Positions 26,109 through 34,378 of a stretch of 64,000 nt of DNA are shown here, piece after piece. Source of the stretch: a virus; IMG/VR virus record IMGVR_UViG_2867359821_000001, positions 5,093 to 69,092 of that record. One strand, 5' to 3'. Numbering within the stretch: position 1 is the first letter of the stretch; every line of letters begins with the position of its first letter. Under the pieces are notes generated by a model. The model ran no database searches and had not been told where the DNA came from. It saw nothing but the letters and a program-made list of their open reading frames with translations. The translations under genes and the position numbers were made by a program.

Positions 26109-26153
26109 GTAAACACTATGTACCGTGAAATAAGACTTAAAAGGAGATTAAAC

Positions 26154-27434
26154 ATGAGCGAAACCACCGCACAGTATCCCGTCAAGCTGAGGGGCACAGG
26201 GGCCCCCGTCCTGATGTGGGCCCACGAGCACGAAGTAGAAGCATCCGCGCTGCAGCAGCTCCGCGACGTCAGCGAGCTGCCGGGCCTCCACGGCCTGCGC
26301 GTGATGCCCGACGTGCACTGGGGCAACGGCGCCACCGTTGGCTCCGTCATCGCGATGGAGCAGGCCCTGGCGCCGGCTGCCGTAGGCGTCGACATCGGCT
26401 GCGGCGTCAATGCCGTCCGTACCAACCTCACGCTCGAGGACCTCGGCGATCGCGACCTCCACGCCTTGCGACTGCGTTGGGAGAAGGTCGTGCCCGTCGG
26501 TTTCAGCAGCTACGAGCGCGCCGGCGATCAGCTGAAGGTACTCAACCCCCAAGAGAAGCAGCGCACTGCGCGGTTCCTCGACTCGGTGGACACCCTCCGC
26601 GCTGACCTCACGGAGCGGAGGAACAGCGACGCAGCAGTGCGCGGCCGGGCGGCCCACCAGCTGGGCTCCCTCGGCGGCGGCAACCACTTCATCGAGCTGT
26701 GCTCGGACTCGATTGGCCGACTCTGGATCACGCTGCACTCGGGAAGCCGGAACATCGGCAAGAGCCTCGCGGAGCGGCACATCCAGATCGCCAAGGGCCT
26801 GAAGGAGAACGAGGAGCTGCCGAAGCACCTGCAGCCGCTGAGCCTGTTCTACAAGGGCACGAAGGAAATGGATGACTACCTCCACGACCTGCGCTGGGCT
26901 CAGGAGTTCGCGATGCTCTCGCGTACCGTGATGATGGAGGCGGTCAAGCACGAGCTGCAGGACTACTTCGAGAACTCGGGCCTCTCGGCGCCGCGCCGGT
27001 ACGTCAACTTCGACGAGGAGATCAACTGCCACCACAACTATGTGGCGGAAGAGATGATCGACGGCAAGATGATGATCGTCACCCGGAAGGGCGCGATCAG
27101 CGCGAAGAAGGGCGAGCGGGCGCTGATCCCCGGCTCCATGGCCACAGGCTCATACGTGGTGCGCGGCCTCGGCAACGAGGCCTCCTTCCAGTCCGCGTCA
27201 CACGGCGCCGGCCGCAAGATGAGCCGAGGCGCTGCGAAGGAAGCCTTCCGGGGCGTGGATGACGGAGCGGCTCAGATCGCACGTCAGCTGGGCAGCGTGG
27301 AGTCCCGCCGTGATAGCGGCATCCTCGACGAGCTGCCCGAAGCGTACAAGCCGATCGAGCAGGTGATCGCGGCAGAGAAGGATCTGGTCGAGGTCGAACA
27401 CAAGCTCGAGACGATTCTCTGCGTGAAGGGCTGA
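26154..27434 (+). CDS. rtcB: RtcB RNA 3'-phosphate/5'-OH ligase
   Basis: GNHFIEL, LIPGSMATGSYVVRGLG, SFQSASHGAGR signature. AAGGAG RBS in an AT-rich 40-nt leader. Confidence 0.85.
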   Translation: MSETTAQYPVKLRGTGAPVLMWAHEHEVEASALQQLRDVSELPGLHGLRVMPDVHWGNGATVGSVIAMEQALAPAAVGVDIGCGVNAVRTNLTLEDLGDRDLHALRLRWEKVVPVGFSSYERAGDQLKVLNPQEKQRTARFLDSVDTLRADLTERRNSDAAVRGRAAHQLGSLGGGNHFIELCSDSIGRLWITLHSGSRNIGKSLAERHIQIAKGLKENEELPKHLQPLSLFYKGTKEMDDYLHDLRWAQEFAMLSRTVMMEAVKHELQDYFENSGLSAPRRYVNFDEEINCHHNYVAEEMIDGKMMIVTRKGAISAKKGERALIPGSMATGSYVVRGLGNEASFQSASHGAGRKMSRGAAKEAFRGVDDGAAQIARQLGSVESRRDSGILDELPEAYKPIEQVIAAEKDLVEVEHKLETILCVKG

Positions 27435-27841
27435 TGATGGCCGTCAAGGAACGAATGGGCTACGCCATCGAGTGCGACTTCCCGGACTGCGGGACGAGCA
27501 CGCAGGACCTCGGCGACTACGCCTTCTGGGGCTCGCTGGAGGATGCCGTGCAGGAGTGGGTTGACCATGACGGCTATGCCGACGACCTGGGCTACTACTG
27601 CCACGGTCACACGGTGTGGAACGACTCCGAGGAAGAGGGTATTGAGGAGCGTGTGCCGATGCCCTACTCGATCGACACACTCTTCGACCTCGCTGAACGC
27701 CGGATCGCGTCGAAGATCGACTACCTGACGCGGAACGCGCTCTACAACCACGGCAACCGCGTCCGCGACCTTGCATCGCGCCAGGCTGCTCGCTATGCAC
27801 GCGCCAGCCGTGAAGTGAAGATCAGGATGGTGCAGCGATGA
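27434..27841 (+). CDS. hypothetical protein (135 aa)
   Basis: ORF-track ORF; Cys/His-containing. Confidence 0.45.
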   Translation: MMAVKERMGYAIECDFPDCGTSTQDLGDYAFWGSLEDAVQEWVDHDGYADDLGYYCHGHTVWNDSEEEGIEERVPMPYSIDTLFDLAERRIASKIDYLTRNALYNHGNRVRDLASRQAARYARASREVKIRMVQR

Positions 27842-28257
27842 GCGAGCCCACAAAGATCGAGAAGCGCGGCTTCCGGGTGCCGGTGAGCGAGGAGTTCACG
27901 CTCATGCTGTCCGGCTTCGAACGCAAGGGGCACTGGGAGGAAACACCGTTGACCAACGAAGACCGCGAGTTGCATGCGCGCGCCGTCGCCGCGGTCGAGG
28001 AAGTCAACTCCAACCCGTGGGTCCGACTCTCGGGCTACGACTACGACCTCGACGTCGCCCCACTCAAGCCGAAGCGCCACTTCGTGCCCGAAGAGACGCA
28101 CGAGGAGCACCTGGCCCGGTGGATCGCCGCCGGCCGCCCGGAGCGCTCATTCGCTCGCGACGCCATGCAGCAGCGCATCGCGCACACCTTCGCCAGCGGG
28201 ATCATCTCGCCGGAGAGCGCGTTCCGCAACGCAGCCAGACTGACAGGAGCAGCATGA
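27838..28257 (+). CDS. hypothetical protein (139 aa)
   Basis: ORF-track ORF. Confidence 0.45.
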   Translation: MSEPTKIEKRGFRVPVSEEFTLMLSGFERKGHWEETPLTNEDRELHARAVAAVEEVNSNPWVRLSGYDYDLDVAPLKPKRHFVPEETHEEHLARWIAAGRPERSFARDAMQQRIAHTFASGIISPESAFRNAARLTGAA

Positions 28258-28748
28258 GCACCGAACTGATCGCGGAAGCCCGCGGCTTTATCGAAGGCAG
28301 CGACCCGAACAACGCCCGCACGACGCTCATCCGCGACCTCGCGGACGCACTCGAGAAGGCTCACACCCCGAGCGCCCCTACCGACGACGAGCGGGAAGCG
28401 CTGGCTCAGGCTCTCCACAACGCCGTCGAAGAGATCTACCCCGTGTCACTCTCGGTGCGCCGTGATCGGTACTACGCACAGGCCGATGTCGTGCTCGCTG
28501 CTGGCTTCCGTCGCACCTCAGTACCGGAGCCGAGCGCGCACTGCGATGGATGCGCGAAGTTCCAGCATCATCACTGCTACCACTGCGGGAAGCGCGCCGG
28601 ACTGTCTCACCCGATGTACTGCCCGAACTTCACCAAGGATGATCCGATCGCGGCACACGGTCGCGAGCTTCGACGCAAGTACGGCGATGACGTGACGGTC
28701 CCCGGTGGAACGCGCGTCACCGACCAGGGAGAGGAGAAGAACGCATGA
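28254..28748 (+). CDS. hypothetical Cys-rich protein (164 aa)
   Basis: CDGCAKFQHHHCYHCGKRAGLSHPMYCP cluster; trimmed start ATG 28254. Confidence 0.45.
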   Translation: MSTELIAEARGFIEGSDPNNARTTLIRDLADALEKAHTPSAPTDDEREALAQALHNAVEEIYPVSLSVRRDRYYAQADVVLAAGFRRTSVPEPSAHCDGCAKFQHHHCYHCGKRAGLSHPMYCPNFTKDDPIAAHGRELRRKYGDDVTVPGGTRVTDQGEEKNA

Positions 28749-28999
28749 GCGGCAAGACGTACTTCGAGCGGAACAACGAGGGCATCGGGCGTGCGATTGC
28801 TCGCAACGAGTGTGCTGAGCCCGGCCCTTGGGGAACTGTGTGCACGGAGGACATCTGGCACCGCTACTCGCACTATGACAGCGGTGATGACTCATCGTGG
28901 CAGGACGACTGGCGCGACTACGGCCCGGATGACGAGGACGATCCCGACACCCGTCCCGCCACCCCACCCGAGAACCGAGAGGAACAGAGCAATGGCTGA
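28745..28999 (+). CDS. hypothetical acidic protein (84 aa)
   Basis: ORF-track ORF. Confidence 0.4.
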   Translation: MSGKTYFERNNEGIGRAIARNECAEPGPWGTVCTEDIWHRYSHYDSGDDSSWQDDWRDYGPDDEDDPDTRPATPPENREEQSNG

Positions 29000-29000
29000 G
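28958..29000 (+). repeat. 45-bp direct repeat copy 1 (GCCACCCCACCCGAGAACCGAGAGGAACAGAGCAATGGCTGAG), contains RBS + start codon of next gene
   Basis: 41/45 identity with copy at 29985-30027. Confidence 0.85.
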
Positions 29001-29234
29001 ACGCCGAGCATCAAGATCCAGATCGATGAGGCCGCGCTCAAGGAGCAGGTCACGAAAGCGCTACAGGAGTCCATGCAGGATGCAGCCATGCGACTCCGGT
29101 CCGCCGCCGACGCGCTCGACGGTGGCCGGTGGATCACCGAGTTCGAGGAGTATCAGGCGAAGCGACTCCGCGATGAGTTCGAGCGAGGGCGACGGGATGC
29201 TCTGGCCGAGAACCGAGAGAGCTACGAGCGATGA
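28992..29234 (+). CDS. hypothetical protein (80 aa)
   Basis: MAETPSIKIQIDEAALKEQVTKAL...; GAGAGGAA RBS inside repeat. Confidence 0.45.
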   Translation: MAETPSIKIQIDEAALKEQVTKALQESMQDAAMRLRSAADALDGGRWITEFEEYQAKRLRDEFERGRRDALAENRESYER

Positions 29235-29398
29235 CGTTTCGCGGCGGCGACGGCCTTGTCCCTGATCCAGGTGGACGGAGGGACTTCACCAGCCGCGTTC
29301 TCGATGAGCGCGAGTTCGGCGTCCGAGAGGCGGAGGTTGATCGCGTTGGTGCGGGCGTTGCCGGTGGATGGTCGTCCGCGGGGTCGCTTGTCGGTCAT
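29222..29398 (-). CDS. ribbon-helix-helix-like DNA-binding protein with AT-hook (58 aa)
   Basis: MTDKRPRGRPSTGNARTNAINLRLSDAELALIENAAG. Minus-strand gene embedded in plus-strand region. Confidence 0.45.
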   Translation of the reverse strand: MTDKRPRGRPSTGNARTNAINLRLSDAELALIENAAGEVPPSTWIRDKAVAAAKRHRS

Positions 29399-29411
29399 AC
29401 GGATGACTATA

Positions 29412-29457
29412 CCGTAAAGCGGAAAAGAGTGGACATGGACGGATTTATGCTTTACGA
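29412..29457. promoter_or_regulatory. inverted repeat CCGTAAAGC ... GCTTTACGA between divergent RHH and Zn-ribbon genes (putative operator)
   Basis: 8/9 matching arms separated by 28 bp, seen in sequence. Confidence 0.4.
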
Positions 29458-29464
29458 TAAATAC

Positions 29465-29659
29465 ATGGAGAACGCAACGATGCAGTGCAAGCACCCCCTC
29501 GGATTCGCCACCCTTCGCAACGGCGAGGTCACCTGCTTCGACTGTGGCACCCCGACCCCCGGACGCTGCGTGTGCGGTGCTCTCTTTCGCACGATGCACT
29601 GCATGAGCCGCGGGCACATGAAGGGTCCGACGCTGGTCGTTGAACAGGGAGAAAACTGA
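29465..29659 (+). CDS. zinc-ribbon protein (63 aa)
   Basis: MENATMQCKHPLGFATLRNGEVTCFDCGTPTPGRCVCGALFRTMHCMSRGH. Confidence 0.4.
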   Translation: MENATMQCKHPLGFATLRNGEVTCFDCGTPTPGRCVCGALFRTMHCMSRGHMKGPTLVVEQGEN

Positions 29660-30546
29660 TGCCTGAACCACTGAACGCCGAACGAGAGAATGCCGCAGCC
29701 GCCTACGTGCGAGCGGATGACGGAGGGCTCTACTCCACATCGGACGACAGGTTGCATAACGCGTTCGTGTCGGGCGCCGAATGGGAGCGCGACGAACATG
29801 GGGCGGGAGGAATCGCCGGTCTTCCACCTACGGCGACTCCCGCCCCAGCAGGCGCACCCAGTGACGAAGCGCGGAAGGGGTGGAGTGCCGCGGACCGTAG
29901 AGACGCTGAGACTGAGGCCAAGCGACGTTTCAGCGAGTGGCAGAACAGCAACTCGGGGCCGAGTGGTGGAAGTCGATCCATTCCGCCACCCCACCCGAGA
30001 ACCGAGAGGAACAGAACCTTGGCTGAGCACACGCTAACCACCGAGACGATCCGTGAGCGCTTCGCTGATGCGTATGGCAACTACGCGAACGGCTTGGAGG
30101 ACTTCGACCGCTGGCTGGCTGCTCACGATGCCGAGGTGCGGGCCGATCACGAGAGTGAGGCCGCGGAGCGACTGGGCCTGCTGTTGTGGCATCTGACCGG
30201 TGGTCGGCTCTCGAAGAGCACCTATGACGTGTCGACGATGGTCGCTCAGATCGAGGACACGTTCGAGCGCGAGCGAGCTGCGGAGCAGGCGGATGTGGTG
30301 CGGGCTGGTGTCGTAGCCGAGGAACCGGACTGGGAGTACGGATACGAGCTCATCGAGTCCGACACCCGTGACGTTCTCACGCGGGGATTCCCGTTCGATA
30401 CGGCTGCTCAGGCAGCAGTGGATGCGCTCCGTCGCGCCGACGAGGAGTTCGACCCGGAATACCCACCGCTGTCGCCGGAGGTCGTTCGTCGTCGCAAGGC
30501 TGGCCCGTGGGTACCGGTGAACCAGGAAGGAGCAAGTCATGCGTGA
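29659..30546 (+). CDS. hypothetical protein (295 aa); may be two genes split at TTG 30019
   Basis: The second 45-bp repeat copy lies in-frame mid-gene and reproduces an RBS+start context. Confidence 0.4.
   Translation: MPEPLNAERENAAAAYVRADDGGLYSTSDDRLHNAFVSGAEWERDEHGAGGIAGLPPTATPAPAGAPSDEARKGWSAADRRDAETEAKRRFSEWQNSNSGPSGGSRSIPPPHPRTERNRTLAEHTLTTETIRERFADAYGNYANGLEDFDRWLAAHDAEVRADHESEAAERLGLLLWHLTGGRLSKSTYDVSTMVAQIEDTFERERAAEQADVVRAGVVAEEPDWEYGYELIESDTRDVLTRGFPFDTAAQAAVDALRRADEEFDPEYPPLSPEVVRRRKAGPWVPVNQEGASHA
29985..30027 (+). repeat. 45-bp direct repeat copy 2
   Basis: GCCACCCCACCCGAGAACCGAGAGGAACAGAACCTTGGCTGAG. Confidence 0.85.
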
Positions 30547-31081
30547 TCCGTACGCAAGCCAGAGAAGGCAGTTCATCAGCGAGACGCAGCGCCACGAGAT
30601 GCGCGTTCTCCACGACGAGGGGCTCTATCGCCACCTCCGCTTCCAGGCGCCGGGCACCGGCATCTGGCACTGGGATCTCATTACCTGGCCCGGCTCGCTT
30701 GCGATCCGCGGCGACATCGGCGAAGGCCATATCTTCACCCGTGTCGACGACATGCTGCGGTTCTTCGATCACGGCCAACACGCCCACCAGATCAACGCCG
30801 ACTACTGGGCGGAGAAGCTGGATCTCGGTCGCAACTCCGTGAAGGAGTTCTCGGCCGAGCGTTTCGGCGTGTGGTGCGCCGATGGCGAGTACCCGATCAA
30901 CTCAGCGGATGGGCTCGTCGACCACGAGCAGGCCGCGATCGACACCCTGGACGATCTGGGCGTCGAGTGGGACTTCGAGGACCTCGAGTCGTGGCGTGAC
31001 TACGGCCACCACTTCATCATCGCGCTGCACGCGATCCTCTGGGGTGCGAAGCGGTATCACGAGAGCAAGGAGCGAGCATGA
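30539..31081 (+). CDS. hypothetical protein (180 aa)
   Basis: ORF-track ORF. Confidence 0.5.
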   Translation: MRDPYASQRRQFISETQRHEMRVLHDEGLYRHLRFQAPGTGIWHWDLITWPGSLAIRGDIGEGHIFTRVDDMLRFFDHGQHAHQINADYWAEKLDLGRNSVKEFSAERFGVWCADGEYPINSADGLVDHEQAAIDTLDDLGVEWDFEDLESWRDYGHHFIIALHAILWGAKRYHESKERA

Positions 31082-31227
31082 ACGAGGAAGAGGAGACGGC
31101 CACGCCGTACCAGGTGTACGTGTTCGACTGCCCGAGGTGCGGCGGTCGGACGGAGATCGGCGATCAGGATCCGGCCGCCGTTGAGGAGTGCGCGGATTGC
31201 GGCGTAGATGTGGTGATGGGCCGATGA
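31078..31227 (+). CDS. zinc-ribbon protein (49 aa)
   Basis: MNEEEETATPYQVYVFDCPRCGGRTEIGDQDPAAVEECADCGVDVVMGR: two CxxC pairs. Confidence 0.4.
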   Translation: MNEEEETATPYQVYVFDCPRCGGRTEIGDQDPAAVEECADCGVDVVMGR

Positions 31228-31229
31228 CG

Positions 31230-31541
31230 TCACTGACCGCGGCTCGCGCGCCAGGCCTCGATGCGCCGTCGGCGCTCCAGCCAGTCGCGCGTCTGCAGGA
31301 TACCCTCCGGGTCGACGTGGGCACGGAGCACTCGGTCGCATTGGCCGTCGAAGTCGGCGTCGGCACCCAACTTCACGGGCTCGCGCTCGAGGAAAACGAC
31401 CGCCTCGAAGAAAGGGTGGCGGGCGCGACCGATGCGGACCTGCTCGATCCGTCCGATGAGCGCACCATCGAGCTTGACCTGCCACTCGGGCGGCCGACGG
31501 GGGTCGAGCTGGGTCTGGGTGACAGCGAGACGGGAGTCCAT
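31230..31541 (-). CDS. hypothetical protein (104 aa), minus-strand gene embedded in plus-strand region
   Basis: MDSRLAVTQTQLDPRRPPEWQVKLDGALIGRIEQVRIGRARHPFFEAVVF... has protein-like composition, whereas overlapping plus frames are R/S-rich. Confidence 0.4.
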   Translation of the reverse strand: MDSRLAVTQTQLDPRRPPEWQVKLDGALIGRIEQVRIGRARHPFFEAVVFLEREPVKLGADADFDGQCDRVLRAHVDPEGILQTRDWLERRRRIEAWRASRGQ

Positions 31542-31622
31542 GGTCGCAATGTAGCCCGAGCCCCCCGCACAGCGAATCCGGCGAGGATCAAAGCTCTCCA
31601 CGAGGAAGGTCTCGACGCTAAG

Positions 31623-31943
31623 GTGATCGCCCAGCGCACAGGGCTCAGTGAGAGGCAGGTGCATCGGTGGCTCGGCAGAATGTTCGGCGAGGGGTGGCAG
31701 CGGATGCCGCGCGTGAGCCCGGTGGCAAAGGCGCGGGTGCTCCAGTTGAGCGCCGAGCAGGTGCCGCCGGATTGGATCGCCGAGACGGTCAAAATCAGCC
31801 GCACAGCCGTCGACAAGATCCGCGAGAAGGCGGGATTGAATCTCGATCAGGAATGGAAGGTCGTTCGCCTGGCCATCCAGCACGACGCGAAGCTCTTCAA
31901 CCTGCACAAGCAGTTCAGCCCCACCTCTACCCGGAGACTGTGA
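31623..31943 (+). CDS. helix-turn-helix DNA-binding protein (about 106 aa)
   Basis: GTG start; VIAQRTGLSERQVHRWLGRM classic HTH. Confidence 0.4.
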   Translation: MIAQRTGLSERQVHRWLGRMFGEGWQRMPRVSPVAKARVLQLSAEQVPPDWIAETVKISRTAVDKIREKAGLNLDQEWKVVRLAIQHDAKLFNLHKQFSPTSTRRL

Positions 31944-31962
31944 TGGGGGTTATCCAGGATGG

Positions 31963-32181
31963 ATGACCACTGACGAAAAGATTCAAGCCGTCGAGGAATT
32001 CCTCGCATGGCGGGAGAACGCCCACCCCACGACCGCCCCCATCCAGCTCGTCGAGACCTGGCGCGCCGCTCTCCAAGCCGTCGATGACGCGGCGCTGCTC
32101 GCGGACATCCGCAAGGAGGCTGCGTTTGTCAGCACCTCGGATGAAGCGCTGGCGCTGGTGGAGAGGATCGCTCGTGGTTAG
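31963..32181 (+). CDS. hypothetical protein (72 aa)
   Basis: ORF-track ORF. Confidence 0.4.
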   Translation: MTTDEKIQAVEEFLAWRENAHPTTAPIQLVETWRAALQAVDDAALLADIRKEAAFVSTSDEALALVERIARG

Positions 32182-32548
32182 GCACAAGCACGGGCGCCGC
32201 CCTTTTAAGCCCTTCACTGACGCGCTGGCCGCCGCCAACGAGAACGAGAACGCTCCCCAGCCGTACTGCATCGACCTCCCGGAGAAGTACGTCGACTACG
32301 AGGTGGGCCAGCATCCCGACGAACATACTGCGGCAGCGATGTGCGCGCCGTGCCCCCTGCTCGAGCTGTGCAACATCAACGCTCGTCAACAGTTGCCGGA
32401 GCACGGCGTGTGGGGCGGGATCGCCTGGGTGAACCGCCGGCAGGCCCACCTGCTGCCGATCGAAGAGAAGGTCGTAACGCTGACAGTGGTCGCCGTGGAC
32501 GCGGGGCCCGCGTCCACGGCGATCGCAGGCGTGCTCGAAGCGGCCTAA
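32174..32548 (+). CDS. whiB: WhiB-family transcriptional regulator (Fe-S)
   Basis: Four Cys (YCIDLP, CAPC, LELC) followed by GVWGG motif; GTG start after GGAGAGGA. Confidence 0.55.
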   Translation: MVRHKHGRRPFKPFTDALAAANENENAPQPYCIDLPEKYVDYEVGQHPDEHTAAAMCAPCPLLELCNINARQQLPEHGVWGGIAWVNRRQAHLLPIEEKVVTLTVVAVDAGPASTAIAGVLEAA

Positions 32549-32579
32549 ACAAAATGTCCAAGAAATAACGTTCAGATCC

Positions 32580-32608
32580 TTGACCTGTCCGGCGGGGATG
32601 TGTAATTT
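32580..32608 (+). promoter_or_regulatory. near-consensus sigma-70/SigA promoter TTGACC-N17-TAATTT
   Basis: seen directly; unusual in a 67% GC genome; drives 270-bp non-coding structured region upstream of gene 32882. Confidence 0.55.
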
Positions 32609-32880
32609 AGTTCTTGTTCCACTACGGGACACAGAAGCCAGATCACACACGAACGGGGACCATGATGAACGGATGCGGAGGCCTTCCAAGGAGGAGGCCG
32701 GGATGCGCCAAGCATCCCGAGAAGTCACTGGCAGCGAGGGCGAAGCGCCCGCCGGTGAACACCAAGCGTTCGAGGTGGGTGGCTCGCTAACGACCTGCCA
32801 CCCGCCTCGAATTAAGCGCGTATTACACATCTAGACTGGTCGAACGCCCCGCGCACGACCACGGCAAAAGGGAGAAGCAC
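32609..32880 (+). ncRNA. candidate structured leader / small RNA (no convincing ORF)
   Basis: Hairpins GGGATGCgccaaGCATCCC (about 32696-32714), GGGCGaagCGCCC, GGTGGGTGGC...GCCACCCGCC (about 32776-32808). Flanked by inverted 10-mers GATGTGTAAT (32597-32606) / ATTACACATC (32822-32831). ORF 32580..32834 has poor composition. Confidence 0.3.
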
Positions 32881-32881
32881 C

Positions 32882-33205
32882 ATGAGCATGACCATTGAAG
32901 AGATGGTGGCCCGGAGGGTTCACCTCGACGAGCAGATCGCCCGTCTGACGGACGAGAAGAAGCAGATCGACGAGAAGCTCCGCGAAGAGCACGACTACGG
33001 AACGATCCCCGCCGGTGAATGGCGGGTCAGCATCGGCCGCAACCCTCAGTTCCTGAAGGAAGACTTCGAAAAGCGCTTCCCGGTCGCCATGTACCCGCAC
33101 CTCTACAAGCCGGTGCCGGACACCGCTCAGGTCAAGGAGTTTTTCGCCCCCGTGGAGCTGAAGAAGTTCTACGCCGAAGGCGCCAAGAAGATCACGGTCA
33201 AGTGA
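32882..33205 (+). CDS. hypothetical protein (107 aa)
   Basis: AAAGGGAGAAGCACC before ATG; Lys/Glu-rich. Confidence 0.5.
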   Translation: MSMTIEEMVARRVHLDEQIARLTDEKKQIDEKLREEHDYGTIPAGEWRVSIGRNPQFLKEDFEKRFPVAMYPHLYKPVPDTAQVKEFFAPVELKKFYAEGAKKITVK

Positions 33206-33789
33206 TGAGCGCCACCACTCTCGCCCCGCCGCTCGACGGCCTGCGCTACGAGGTAGTCCACGCGATCGACGAGACCGAGGACTACACCGAAGGCGAATCG
33301 CGCCGCCTCACTGACGACATCGCCGAAGCGAACGTGATCACGTCGCGCGTCTCCGGCGAGGAGAACCTCCACAAGGTGATCCTTGATATCGACTTCCCGG
33401 CCAAGCTCGTGCCCTCGAGCACAGACGGCCACTTCCACTTGTACATCGACAAGGCCATCCACTGGGAGGCATACGTCGACCTGCTCGGCGCGATGGCGGA
33501 TGCCGGCCTGGTCGAGGAGGGCTACGTCTCGGCATCACTCGAGCGCGGTCACACTGCCGCCCGCCTGCCGTGGGTGAAGAAGTCCGACGGGCCGCGCCCC
33601 ATCTGCGTCGGGTGCCGCAAGCGACCCCACGAGTTCTCCACGTACCGCTACATGGTCGCGGAGGATGGATACGCCGACGCCGACGAGGCGGTGCGTCGCA
33701 ACGAAGGCACCTACAACCGCGAGAACGGCCACTTCTGGTGCGACGGCTGCTACATCCGCGCCGGTCAGCCGCTGGGGGTCGCGCAGTGA
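33205..33789 (+). CDS. hypothetical protein (194 aa) with C-terminal Cys cluster
   Basis: ICVGCRKRPHE...HFWCDGCYIRAG; trimmed start ATG 33205. Confidence 0.45.
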   Translation: MSATTLAPPLDGLRYEVVHAIDETEDYTEGESRRLTDDIAEANVITSRVSGEENLHKVILDIDFPAKLVPSSTDGHFHLYIDKAIHWEAYVDLLGAMADAGLVEEGYVSASLERGHTAARLPWVKKSDGPRPICVGCRKRPHEFSTYRYMVAEDGYADADEAVRRNEGTYNRENGHFWCDGCYIRAGQPLGVAQ

Positions 33790-34202
33790 GCGCCATCACG
33801 ATCGCCTACGGCCCGACCGCTTCCGGCAAGTCGACCGCGGCTCACGCCTGGCGGAAGGAGGCGCAGAGTGCGGACCTCCAGCGTGTCATCATCGACGAGG
33901 CCACGTTCAGCGCCGCCGAGCTGCGCCGCGTCGACAACCTGCTCGACGGCGGGACGGACGTCTGGCTCAACTATCTGACCGATGCGGCCGAGCCCGCGCT
34001 GCCCAGCTTCCCGAATCACGATGTCGCGATCCGGCGTTTCCACCGACGGATGCATGATGCCGTGCGTACGTACGGACTGATGCAGGAGTGCAATGGTGTC
34101 GCGATCTACGCTCCCAACCCTTACCGCGAGGAGCTGTGGGGAGACGTGAATCCTGAATGGATGTGCGCCTGCCAGCGGTACGAGGCGGCGATGGACATAT
34201 GA
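33786..34202 (+). CDS. P-loop NTPase (138 aa)
   Basis: Walker A GPTASGKST; GTGA overlap start. Confidence 0.5.
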   Translation: MSAITIAYGPTASGKSTAAHAWRKEAQSADLQRVIIDEATFSAAELRRVDNLLDGGTDVWLNYLTDAAEPALPSFPNHDVAIRRFHRRMHDAVRTYGLMQECNGVAIYAPNPYREELWGDVNPEWMCACQRYEAAMDI

Positions 34203-34378
34203 GCGCCCACGACCTGAACTCGGCCGACTACGAGCGGATTGAGGCCGCCCTCCGCCACCTCATCCCCGAGACCAAGCGCACCGCTGCCAAGTGGCACCCG
34301 AAGGGGCTGCGGGCCTTCAACCGCACGCTCCGCAAGATCGAGCGGATCAACAAGACCGGAGAGTTCACCCAGCAATGA
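34199..34378 (+). CDS. small protein (59 aa)
   Basis: MSAHDLNSADYERIEAALRHLIPETKR... Confidence 0.35.
   Translation: MSAHDLNSADYERIEAALRHLIPETKRTAAKWHPKGLRAFNRTLRKIERINKTGEFTQQ

Noticed and set aside
32580-32834. 84-aa plus ORF in the structured non-coding region
   Set aside because: Poor composition, no RBS, region dominated by hairpins; treated as RNA/regulatory
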